This document shows, piece after piece, positions 52,000-62,849 of a DNA stretch of 64,000 bases. The stretch lies in the NCBI GenBank assembly GCA_036172245.1, contig JAYWIR010000010.1, forward strand, positions 992,001 to 1,056,000. Reading direction: 5' to 3'. The stretch's first letter is position 1, and every line of letters starts with the position of its first letter. Below the pieces are notes generated by a model, which saw only the letters and a list, made by a program, of their open reading frames with translations, did no database searches and was not told where the DNA came from. A program made the position numbers and the translations under genes. This stretch comes from Raillietiella orientalis (lineage: Eukaryota).

Positions 52000-52990
52000 C
52001 CTTTCCTCCTGGAGGACTTCCTGCTCAGTCGCAGAAAGGAGGGCCGCTCAAAAGAGGCTGAGCGCGAGATGAACCTGCAGCGTGGAGTAGGGGGCGCCGG
52101 CCGTCCTTGAAAAAGCCAGAACCCGCGGCAATCCGCGCCGAAAGAGCCGGACCGTCGGGCTCGCCCGCGAGGCATATCCTCAAAATAGACCTCAAAATAG
52201 ACCCTCAAAATAGATCCAGTGTGCGCATCGACACGACACCGACCCTCAGCGTCCTCTCCTTGCTCCGGGTGTGTCAGAACATGGGTCACGCGCCTGGGTC
52301 ACCCATCACGCGGCCGACGCAGCGGATTGCCGGATAGCGTATCGGACTTCGGGGGGTTGGGAGCGCCTCCGTCCTTCCTGGAAGGCATCCCCCACGGGAA
52401 CATTGAGGTGACTCTTCCTGGTGACCTCGGTTCTGCAATTCCTCCGCGGACCACTGTCGGTCCATTTCCTGCCGCGGCGGTCACCCCTGTTGGCGGGCAG
52501 CCGTGAAGCCATCACTCCCTGACTTTGAGGTGCGGCTCGTTCGCCCGGCTTGAGGACACCAGGTGAAGATGGCTACTGTCAGCTCAAGGATGGGAATCGC
52601 CCGGGTCCAGACGTTCTTCCGTTGTCCCCGCTCCTTCCGTGGAGAGCTTCGTTTCTTCCCTCCGCTTCTCCTCGGTTTCCCCACTCTGTCTCCCCCCTGA
52701 GGTGTGCCGCGGCAGCATCCCGCCCATCCTCCAGCAATGTCTGAAGAAGGTTCATTCCTGCGCAGATAAACGTCTCTGCGTCAGTGGTTGGGTCAGCTTT
52801 CTTCGGAAGCGGCCAGGCAGGCACCCCAGCATGAGAGGAGGAAGATTCCTGCCCACCAGGGGATGGGAGGGAATGCCTCCTCGAGGAGTGAGGGAGTTTC
52901 GTGACCTCGCAACCTGCGGGGATGAGCTTCGTGGCTCGCGATTCCGAGCTGGGCGACGACGGAGAAGCCCGCATCCCCGAGCCTGGCTTT
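52000..52990 (-). pseudogene. Decayed LINE endonuclease fragment
   Basis: NVWTRAIP...FTWCPQAGRTSR (~DVWR..P...FTW...SRID). Confidence 0.45.
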
Positions 52991-53059
52991 GAGGCGTGAC
53001 GTCAGCTCGCGCGCGAGCGGCATGGCGGCCAACAGTGCGATCCGAAAACATCGGGCGGT

Positions 53060-53900
53060 GCCCGCGTCGGAGGCCTTGTGCTTAAGGCTTCCGCGTGTGG
53101 CACCGTGCGTCGCGGGTTCGAATACGCCGGATGAAACTCTGACGCCACTGCGTCGTTTGGGTTCCGAGTTTCTCCTGCAACGGTGCTGGTTGGCCAAGAC
53201 ATTCGGGCGTGGCCCCGGAGGTGGATAAAGCCGGCGGCCTCCCGATGAAGACCGGAACAATGGGAGTCGACCTTCGGGTCCTTCCAGGAATCAAGGAGTG
53301 GGGAGTTCCCCCTCCTGTCGTGCAACGGAGAGCGGACCCTCCTCACCGGGGGACCCCTCCGGTTTCAAGATGGAGCAGGAGCCCTTACGGGCACCTCTTC
53401 AGTTGTTCAAATGAGCGGACCCTCCCCGTTGCGGGGGGGACCCTCTGAGTCGCCGCCTCTCAACAGAGTGCAAGGAAGCAAGCGAGAGTGATTCCCCTGC
53501 GCGAAGCTGCAGCGCCCCTTCTCAGTTTCGGAAGCGTCCCTTCGGGTTTCTCTTCAGCGGAGTGAACAGGAGCGGTTCCCTTGCGGGTTTCCTCCGGAGA
53601 AGAAATTCCTACAAGCGGATCCTTTCCGGGTTCCCTTCGGAGAAGTTGAAATGGAAAGGACCACCCCCCATTACGGGCGGTGTCCTTCCGGAGAGAATGA
53701 GGAAGGAGATTCCCTTCGCGGTTCCCCTTGGGAGACAACCAGGGTTGGACGTGCAATTCCCCCGTCCGGGGGGAATCCCTCCCCAAGCGTGAGAGGAACG
53801 GACTCCGAGCCCTTCCTGGATTCATAAGGCGGACCCCCATCCCGGGGTGCCCCCTATCCTGAAGAATTACACGCATCCCTGCGGGTTGCCGCGGGCGGAG
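53060..53900 (+). mobile_element. Family A SINE copy
   Basis: gcgtcgcgggttcgaata near 53107-53124; gggtccttccaggaatcaaggag; gagacaaccaggg; ctgaagaattacacgcatccct. Confidence 0.7.
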
Positions 53901-55342
53901 CCCTGGCAAAACAGTGGTGGAAACAAAACAGTGTGTTTAATGTTTAAAAAGAGCTACGTGCGCCGCGAGGCACGCGACCGGCTCTGAGGTAATTAGCGAA
54001 CCAAAAACAAGAAAACTCTTAAAAAAAAAAAAAAAAAAAAAAAGCTGAAAGAAAAACAGCATACAGAAGAAGCAAAAAGAACCCAAGGATTTCCATCGTC
54101 CTAGGTCAATAGTAACAATCTCCTCGTGGGGGTCGCTACTGGCCTTTAGAAAAAAAAAAAAACACATCGGGCGAGCGCTGCTTGGGCGCCCGACCTCCAT
54201 GAAGACGACTGCCTTTTATATTAGAAGTACCTCGAGGCGCAGACAAAATCAGGGTGGTACATGGAGGCATTGATCGCAAGTCTTCCCATTCAACGTGGTT
54301 ATTGGTCTTGTCCCTTTCTTTCGTGGCATGAAGGAGAAAATCAGGTCCCTTGCGCTAAAGCAGCGGACTCGCGGTTGTTTCAGAACCATGAAGACCCCAC
54401 TTCGAAGGAAGAACGCGGCACTCCCGTGCTGCCGTGTGCAACTGAATCCGATCCTCTCCGTTGGCTCAGATCTTCTTCGTGCCAAGCCGCAGGCCGCGCC
54501 TTGGAATATAAAGGTCTTCGTGATTCAGTTCCTTTCCGCGCTTCGCGAAGGATGAGCTCACCTACCGCCGGAGTTCCAAAGGAGCCGATTTGTCAGCAAG
54601 CACTTACAGGTGATGCGTGGAAAAGTCAAGAGTTTCGATCCTGAGGGCTGAGACTTACCAGGAGCAGACACCTGGTAGTGTTTTGGTAGCAAACTCGGTG
54701 TTGAGCACCCTTCGTTGCCAAGGAAAAAAAGAGGTGCTTCGTTTCTCGAGCTGATTCAGTGCTGAGTTGACAAGCTCATCGCACCTGGAAGGCTTTGGAA
54801 CCTGCAAGCTCTCCCGCAGAAACATATTGGATGCGGAAAGAAGGAATGTTCCTAGTTGGCGCGTCCCTGAGTTGCAGGAGCAGTCATCATTCTAGGGTGC
54901 AAGGTTTTGTGGCAGCGTCAGCACCCTGGTTTGGGTGATGAAATCCCTCCACCCGTTCCAAGGATCTAATATTTCGGTTTGACGGAAAGATGGTCGCTCC
55001 CAGGGGGCAACCGGGCTGGCAGCCATCCTGAGCTGGCAACTTTGGCCCTTGCCTGTAAAATGGCGCGGTTGTTGATCCCTCCATAGCGACTTCTCAAAAG
55101 AAAACGCATTTCCGCAATCCCCAAAGGTAGCTCTGTGAGCTTGCAAAAGGATGGTTGTTTTCATTTTCCCCCATTTTTAATTTTGAAAAAGCATTTGAAA
55201 ACGGAAATTACGCTCCCTGTTCATTTCCTGTATCCTTTGGACATCTTTTTACGGAAAGCCCAATGGAATTGTTTTTTCTTTTCCCCGCTAGAGGGTACAA
55301 TGTGCGCGATCGCACCTTTCGAAACTTCCGTTACTCGCATCT

Positions 55343-55660
55343 TCACAGGGAGTAGCTATCCTCCGATAGCGGAAACAAGTAAAATCCACGCGGGGAAAAA
55401 AAAGGGCACTCAAAGTTGACAGCTGCCACTGGGATGGCACACCTTGGTTTGCCAGTCCTAATCCAAGGTCGAGTGAGTCTTCCGATTAATCGAATATCAA
55501 ACGTGGTATAAAGAAACGTTCTGACCGCTCTGAGATCAGCCTTCCGTGATCTAAGAAAGAGCATACATGGAGCAAGGTCCGCACCAAAGAAACTCGTGAA
55601 TGACCTCCATCGGAAACTGAGAGAGTCGCTTGGACGCCAATAAGGATCGTCCACTCTCAC
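55343..55660 (-). pseudogene. Possible P2X7-ballast/nanor-like (Kolobok accessory-type) domain remnant
   Basis: RTFLYTTFDIRLIGRLTRPWIRTGKPRCAI fits the recalled pattern R..aYr.F....g.Lg...R..iP.Cv; the upstream Cys cluster is not clearly preserved. Confidence 0.3.
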
Positions 55661-57257
55661 TCTTGTTTACATCATTCATAAGAGACGACGGTCACTGAAA
55701 AGGATGCCACAAACCCTTTGACGGAAGCCCTTTGTTTCCCAGGATACTCATGCACCGCACTGTATCCTCCTTGCAGTATTTATCCCTTCCTGGAGTAAAA
55801 ATGGAAATCGAAATAAGGGAAAGTCTGAGAATTCCCTCGAAGCTGAACTGAAGTGGTGCTGCCTCCAGAAACCAGGATGTCTCCATTTGTCCACACATCA
55901 TGTAAAGCAACAGCCATCATCACTGATGGTCTCCATCGTTGCTTTTCTCTTTGCGGTTCCGATTCAGTCTACGAATGCTTCTCCCAATCCTCCTCCCACA
56001 CCTCACTTGGACGAAACGCATCCGTTGGTAAATTTGCCAGAGGGCAATCGAAATGCCCGCCATTGAAAAGCGGATGTACATTCGCTGTTCCTGCCATCTG
56101 GCGGTGGTTGCAGCGTTCCCATTTCAATGCACGCTGCTGCCATCTCTCGAGCAGTTCGCTCAGTCCAAAGGGCAAGCGAATCGCGAATTTTTCCCCACGC
56201 AAACTTTACATTTGGTGATTTTTTCCTGACCGTGCGGAGATACCTACGGATGGTGAGAGTGGACCGTTTCCAGAGGCTCCTCGGAACACGTTCTCTTCCC
56301 CTTTCCTGGAGGCGGCGTTTCGACGTAGTCCCTATCCCGAGCTTTTCCACGAGCGAGAAAGGATGGCAGTGGCTCCCTCCCTATTTCATCCGCGTCAAAC
56401 CGCTTCCTGAAGCCCAACAAGGAGCACACTTTGCAGAAGATGCAGTGCCCTTTGGAGCGAAAGAGTATCCCAGCCCCCAGTTGTGCGTGGCCACTGAAAC
56501 TGGAAAGACAAGAAAGCTCGTTCTTCCGACTGCGGCGTGGTGGGGCTGCTGCCTCGCACGCGTAGAGGGCGAGCAGCCCTCACAGCGGAGCGTTCCAAAC
56601 GTCCGAGGGAGTTTTCCCCAGCCTCAGTCGCGCCGAGCCAGAGGATCGTTGGGGCTGCTGGCTGCAAGGGTGCTCGAACGGGATGCAAGCAGCATTCCTC
56701 CTCCCGCCACTTTCCGAGACGTCTCCGGCGCCCTGTCCGGGAGCGTCTCTTCGAAAACGCCGCCTCGACAGCCTCCTCAAAATTTTCAAATCCCTCGGCA
56801 CCTGGTCGTTTCCCGGACCCTCAGGGACCCCAGGGACCCTGCCGTGATGACTACCTCGGGGTTCATGGAAAGCAGTAGTGGCCGCAGTCCAGACCCAGGC
56901 GATGCCGACATCCTCTTGTCGGAGAAGCGGATTCCCCTATTCTCCTCCCTCTGCCCTTCCCCCGGGCCTTCAGTAAAGGATTCCTAGGGGCGGAGGCGAC
57001 GTCCATTGTAGCAGGCGCTCCCTCTCTACGCTGGGGTGCCAGACCCAAGTGCGGTTCGAGGTAGGTTCCGAGGACGGGTAGGTTGAAGGCCATGGCCTCA
57101 GGACGTGGAGGAACCCTTATTCGCGTCTCCAAAGGTTGCTCCAGGAAGCGCAACCCATGGACCGGGGAATTTCGCGCCATTTCCTCTGTCCGGATGCCCT
57201 CTCTGTTCCTCCTCCGCTCGAGGCTCTAGTTCCATGAGGTCGTCTTCACCCCGTGTG

Positions 57258-57620
57258 TTTTTTCACCCGCACAAAGCCGGGGCTTTTATTATTAAAATTT
57301 TACAGTTAAGTTTGATAATAAAGTCTGGTCTTTTTTGAATTGTTTTCAGCCAGAACACGTGGTTCTGACTGTCTTGGCGCACTTGTCCTGACGGATTCGC
57401 AGGCCAGTGAGGTCTTCTTTACTGGCGAAGGGGACGGGAAAACCAGCAAAAAGAACAAAAAACAAAAACACGAGGAGAGACGAAGTTTTATAGGGAGAGG
57501 AGGGAAGGGAAGGGATCACGGTACGCCTCGAGAAGGCCTCTGCATCCCGTTTTCGATGCGGACAAGTGCCGGTAAAATTTTCCTCAACCAGAGCCATCAG
57601 GAAGCCTTCTCCATGGAGAT
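57258..57620 (-). mobile_element. Family B-related LINE 3' end
   Basis: Minus strand reads cttgtccgcatc..ggatgcagagg and ends aataaaagccccggctttgtgcgggtgaaaaaa. Confidence 0.6.
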
Positions 57621-57639
57621 GACTGCCCAATGAATGACA

Positions 57640-58441
57640 TTCCGGCTTCTGTGTCCTCTCCTAGATGCAATCCACTTCTCCAGGATGGGACGAGCTGCTC
57701 GGCATTCTCAACAAAAACCTGCAGTGGCCCCGGTGTTTGCGGACAGAGGGACCCCTCCTGGAGTGCAAAAGGGTCGGCACTTCAGCTGCTGTTGCACCGG
57801 AGTCTTCTCTGCAAAGCCCTCTGACGCCACTGGACATCGAGGAGGAAGACACCACTGGACATCGAGCCCGAGCTGTGGCAGCTGCGGAAAGGAATGGAAA
57901 TCCTTCCTGCACCTGCTTGTGGACTGAGTGGCCCTCCGATCCCTATGGGGAGAGCGTTTTGAGCGGCCCTACGGACCCGGTTGGCATCTTCAGAGGCGTT
58001 TTACGGCTACTATTCCTGTGGGACGTCCTGCCGCCAGCCGCAGCCCCGGCAGAGCTCTGCTGCATTCGCGGGGTCGTGGAGGCCTGGAGGGAACCCAACA
58101 GGGGGACAAGACGAGAGGGACGCCCTCCGGCTCGCCGTTCGCTTCCTGCGGGAAGCGGGCAGATAGTCCCACTTGGGTGTAATCAGGACCGACCTAGCTG
58201 GCATCGTGACAAAGATACAGAGGATGCCCTCCAGTGGGCAATGGTCCCTTCCCAGCTCTCTTGGTGTATTATTATTATTTTAGGGACTTCCCCTCACCAC
58301 TACTGCGAGGTGAACCTCGACGGTCTGCGGACCGGCAGTTCGGCAGATCCGTGGATAAACAGAGTGTGGTCGGACCACGCGTCCTGCCACAATATAGGAG
58401 TTTCTTTCAAATTTTAAGAAATGTCCCAGCGTGTCCGGGTG
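57640..58441 (+). mobile_element. Family B LINE 3' end (undeleted subtype)
   Basis: Peptides SPSCGSCGKEWKSFLHLLVD* and LFLWDVLPPAAAPAELCCIRGVVEAW; end atgtcccagcgtgtccgggtg. Confidence 0.7.
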
Positions 58442-58585
58442 GTCCCCTCGAAGACAACCAGGGTGGAGGTTTCGCTCCCAAGCATAAGAGGGGAACGGAC
58501 TCCTCCCTGGATTCATAGGGTGGTCCCCTCCCGAAGTACCCCCTATAATTTGAAGATTTACCACGCGCACCCTTGCGCGGTGTGG
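58442..58585 (+). mobile_element. Family A SINE 3' fragment directly following a family B LINE 3' end
   Basis: gaagacaaccaggg..cccaagcataagaggggaacggac..ccctataatttgaaga..cgcacccttg. Confidence 0.65.
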
Positions 58586-58974
58586 AAAATTTGGATTTTC
58601 GTGTCCTGGAGGCACGGCGCTTTCAAAAGGCAAAGAGCAGTCACGTCTTCAGGTTCTCCGAAGTAGCGGAAAGCCTTCGTACCGCGCGTTCCTCCCCTCC
58701 CGCCATTTCTTCGCTTCCTCTTGGATGCTTCTGGGCGGATCGTCTTGAGACCTTTAAGGGACAGAAGCTTGTGGGAGAAAGTCACTTGTGCTCGGTCCAC
58801 CCCAGCAGTGGATCCCATTGTTTCGCTGCAAGAGCATGAGGGGATGACTGACCATGATGATCAGGCTGATCACCATGCGGACATGGAAAGACACGATGGT
58901 GCGGCGCCGTGCGGTCCACTTTCGGATCCGCAGCTTCGCTTAAGAGTTCTTCACAGGCACCGTCGTCAGGAGAC

Positions 58975-59945
58975 GAGATTCGACTCCCCCCGGATGGTCC
59001 CTTCGGAGACAACCAGGGCGAGCATTCCCTCCCAAGAGTAAGAGGGGAACAGACTCCTTCCTCCGGAACCCTTCCTGGATTCATGGGGTGGTCCCACCGG
59101 GGTCACCTCTTATAACTTGAAGAGTTATGCGCACCCTCGGGTGGCGCGGATGGTGTTGATTCTCACCCGGTTGTGCCGGGGCACTTATTTCATATATAAA
59201 AAAAAAACAATCGCAGTCTCTGTGGTTGGAACGGTGGTTTAACCACGTCTATTTCAACAGGAACCTGCCAGGTTGCCGGTACACAGACTGGTGGGGTTCT
59301 CCTAGGAAGCAGAAGGGAGGGGGCAAACAAAAATAAAAATAACTAAATTGGGGAGGGGGTGAGGGAAAGATTATGCTGGAGGTGGTCCTCTGCATCCTTT
59401 CGAGGATGCTGGCAAGTTCAATCCGCGTACTTTTCGGGTGGGGTCATCTTGCTGTCGTCCTCATGAAGCAGGAGGCAAAGTGAGTTGGCACCCCTGTCGC
59501 TCGGTCCTCCTCCAGCGTCGCTCCAGGCAGCCACAATCCCGCGCAGGCAGCAGAGAGCTGCTGGCGTGGCTGCGTCCGAAGAGGGGTCTTGAGGCGCCCC
59601 TGGAGTTGCCGCCAGGGGTTCCTAGGGTCACGGAAAAGCGTGCCCAGAGGGATCGGAGGGCAACCCAATCCACAAGCAGATGCAAGAGGTATTCGCGCTC
59701 CCCTCATCTGCCACAGTTTGGGTCCACACACACCCATGTCTAGTGATGCCGGCGGGCGTTGCACGGGAGACCGCGGTGCAGAGGCATCAATGCCGACTCT
59801 CGCCACTTCAAAGGAAAGGTGGGCGTATCCAAAAGCATCGGGGGGCCACTGTATCCAGCATCTCGCCTCAGTGCGAAAGTCTTTGAGGCGGGACACTCGG
59901 GGTCCATGAGCTGGCCCGTTGGACGGCGCTGAAGAGCTCTGTGAG
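58975..59945 (+). mobile_element. Family A SINE 3' part interrupted by an antisense family B LINE (59160-59920)
   Basis: ggagacaaccaggg..tataacttgaagagttatgcgcaccctcgggtggcgc lies before the insertion; the SINE resumes with ggacggcgctgaagagctc at 59921. Confidence 0.7.
59160..59920 (-). mobile_element. Family B LINE, 5'-truncated, inside a family A SINE
   Basis: Peptide HLLVDWVALRSLWARF. Terminal hairpin cccgg-ttgtg-ccggg at 59166-59180. Degenerate 12-bp TSD ggatggtgttga / ggacggcgctga. Confidence 0.8.
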
Positions 59946-60024
59946 CTGCACCATTGAAATCTTCGTGAGTTCAAATACTCATTGAGAGGAGAGGTGTTGC
60001 GCATTACTTTATAACACTCGATTC

Positions 60025-60025
<1 letters not shown>

Positions 60026-60062
<37 letters not shown>
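60026..60062. repeat. (TA)n microsatellite
   Basis: Uninterrupted TA run. Confidence 0.95.
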
Positions 60063-60064
<2 letters not shown>

Positions 60065-60649
60065 CATCAACACTTAATTTGAATAGCTAATAGTGCGTAT
60101 GATGTAATAGAATACAATTAACCGATTACTGTTCAACTACACGTATTTCTATCATTCAACCCCCGCATTTTGCAAGTACGGCATGCAAGGGAATTCCAGA
60201 TGTGCCTCCATCTGTACATGCCGCGAGTGTACAGCCATCCGTTGTACAACATAGCCAGCGATAAATCAGAAGCTACAGCCGCTGTGCGGGAGTGTTCTCA
60301 AAGGAAGCCGAAGACAGGTGGCAACCTTCGTGGCTGGCGGCTCTCATTCTTCGTGCAGATAGCTTCTTGGCTGCGCTGCTTCCCGGAGCAGCATCCTGAG
60401 CAGCGGAGCTCATCTCGCGATCCTCGAGACGCACGGATCATCCCGGCGGAGCCGAAAGTCGTCCCGAAAGCGTATCGTTCGCAGGGAAACTCCCTGGTCG
60501 TGCTTGGACGGTTGGACCGACTAGGAACTTTAGCCGAACTTCCGCACAGTCCTTTCGGCCCTTCTCGGAGAAGAGCTCGGCGCCTCAGACATTATTTATG
60601 AGTTACCGCCTCCACGAACTCGACAGTGGATGCTGCACGGCTCAGCACT

Positions 60650-62600
60650 TTCTACGAAAGCATCTCCCATTTCTCTTCGGGAACCGATGCAGATGTGTTT
60701 GCAGGCAGCATTTCTGGGCTCCGAAGGGAAGACGCGGATTAGCAGATCAGTGATAGGCAGGGAATGAGCTGCAGGGAGTGCGTAATTTCGGTCCTTCTCT
60801 CTCCTCCACCGCCTGCTTGTCCAATGCTGTGATCGCAAGAGCCACATCTAAACGGAGAGGTACAGGGATTCATCTAGTGGAGAAGCATTCCTCGGAGCAA
60901 CAGTTCCCTGCAAGGTCAAACGAATGTCAGCTGATCTCGGATGTCGGAGATGCCTGCGATCCTGCGCGAGCTTCCTGGATTCGTTGGATCTAACGAGGGG
61001 GAGATCACCTTGGAGACTACTGGGATGCCGAAGTTCGTCTCGGGATTCGCGAAACCGGGATCGGGAGTGCGATGACGGAAGAAGTGAGGGAGAGGGGAGA
61101 TGCATTCCCTTCTTTGCGAAACAAACGCTTCCTGCGAAGTTCTCCGGGAGTGTCTTCCGTTTCTACTTGCTCATCTCCGCTTCCGGTTCCCGTGCGGTTC
61201 GGCGTAACCCGTGGAGCCGAGGAAGCCTTCACGCGCCGCCGCCACAGCATCCCTACGCATGGTCTGCGAGCGTCGAACTTTTACACCGAGGTCTCTCGGG
61301 CAGGGGAACTCAGCCAATTGATCGGGTAAGCTCCCGCCGCTGCAAGTCTGGAGTTTCCGTAAGAGAGTCCCAGAGGAACGGCAATTTTTGAGCGATCGTG
61401 AAGTCATTCAGAAACAGAAAGCGGTGGTGCTTTCGACGAAACGCTCTCATCCAGTTGGATAAGGCGAAACCAGTGGCATCTCCACGAGACGGGATCGTGC
61501 AGGTGTCTTTGAGCGACACGTGGGTGAGCCACTTTTTCCCTCCCTGGAATCGGACTGGAGGCGCGCTCCTCCTCTGGAAGGAATCACTTTGAAGGTGCAT
61601 CGGATGGGCGCTCGCAGCATCGCGGACCAGTCCAAAGCAGAATCTTCTGCCGGGAAAACTCGGACGAAAGCAGACGAGGAGTAGGCGGCACAAGAAGGGC
61701 CGTTGCTGGCTCCGGCTCTGGAGCTCATCAAGAATGCATTCGGTTTCATGTGCCAGAACGCTTTAGAGGCATAATCCGTTTCGACTCGCATCCGACCGAG
61801 ATGAGGTGCTTTCCTTTTCAGGTTCGCAGGCTGCCGTTCAAAGGAAATTCGAATCCTCTTGCCGTGCTTTACCAGATCCTTCCTCGACGACGCGCAGAGG
61901 GAATCCTCTGGAGAATCTTCTCGGCATATTTATAAGCTTTTTTTCCCTCCTCCTTCCAATGCAACAAAACGAAACCCTTCCTTATGGAGGGGAAAAATTA
62001 TGGAGACGAATTTAAGGTGAAAGAGCTGGAGAGCATGACTCGAGAGAAACCAACTTTGAAAGGAAAACTGCAGCATTCGGATCGAAGTCAACGGACTGAG
62101 GAATTTCACTCGCGAAATTCACCTCTGGGTCACCTGCAAAACAGAAAAAGTCTAATCCGAGTCTCTGGCTCGAGACCGGGGAGTGAGGTTTCGACGCGCT
62201 GGAAGCGCTATCTGTTCGAGCCGAACGTGACGAAAATCGTTGATATCCTGGCAGCTAGATGGAAGAATTGGGCAACCAGTCGAAAGCCAGCCACGTATGG
62301 AATTCGAAGACTTCCGGCGTGCTCAGCGCTCCACACGTCCGAATGTGTGCATTTTTACACGTGACCAAAAGCATGCTCAAACCCACGAATTCTGAACTCG
62401 TGTGCACAGCTTTAGAAATCAAGAGTGGAGGATCTTTGCCTCTTAGAAATCGGTTGTCCATCGTCGTTGTTGAACAGAACAGAGAAGTTGATTCCGCAAG
62501 AAAAAATACCTCTATGGAAACTGCGAGTGGGTGGCCTTCCGTGGGGTCACCGATGCCTTCAGGTTTGTCTCCTAGGCTCAAGAATATTCATTTTCCTAAA
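60650..62600 (-). mobile_element. Decayed Kolobok-like DDE transposase
   Basis: Frameshifted motifs in order: TCKNAHIR/WS..AGF.LVA (~C..GH..W.S..aGn.l.a), SDASRNG/ASK (~GDGRxDSPG.SAK), GDA...WMR...H...D, PTSEISxHS/APRN/RLDVALA. Confidence 0.35.
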
Positions 62601-62849
62601 CTACGTTACAGAATGATGGTCTGTTTATTCCCATGAAATGCAATGGTTGAGAAAGTCAATCAGTCCAAGGAGTCCACTCGCATCCACTCTGGGTAACTAC
62701 CATTACCTGCTTCTACAAAACGGTCTTCTTAGATGTCTTCCAGGCTCGCGACTGAGATGAAGTTCCCATTCCGAGTAGGAGAGTTCCCTAAAGGAGGCAT
62801 TCTTTTAGTCGGCTCCGACTACGCGCGTCCTCTGCAGCACTCGCGAATC

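Noticed and set aside
60170..60330. Minus-strand FIAGYVVQRM resembling a P-element/THAP9 C-terminus
   Set aside because: Single short motif, lacking the following CxxC or any other support.
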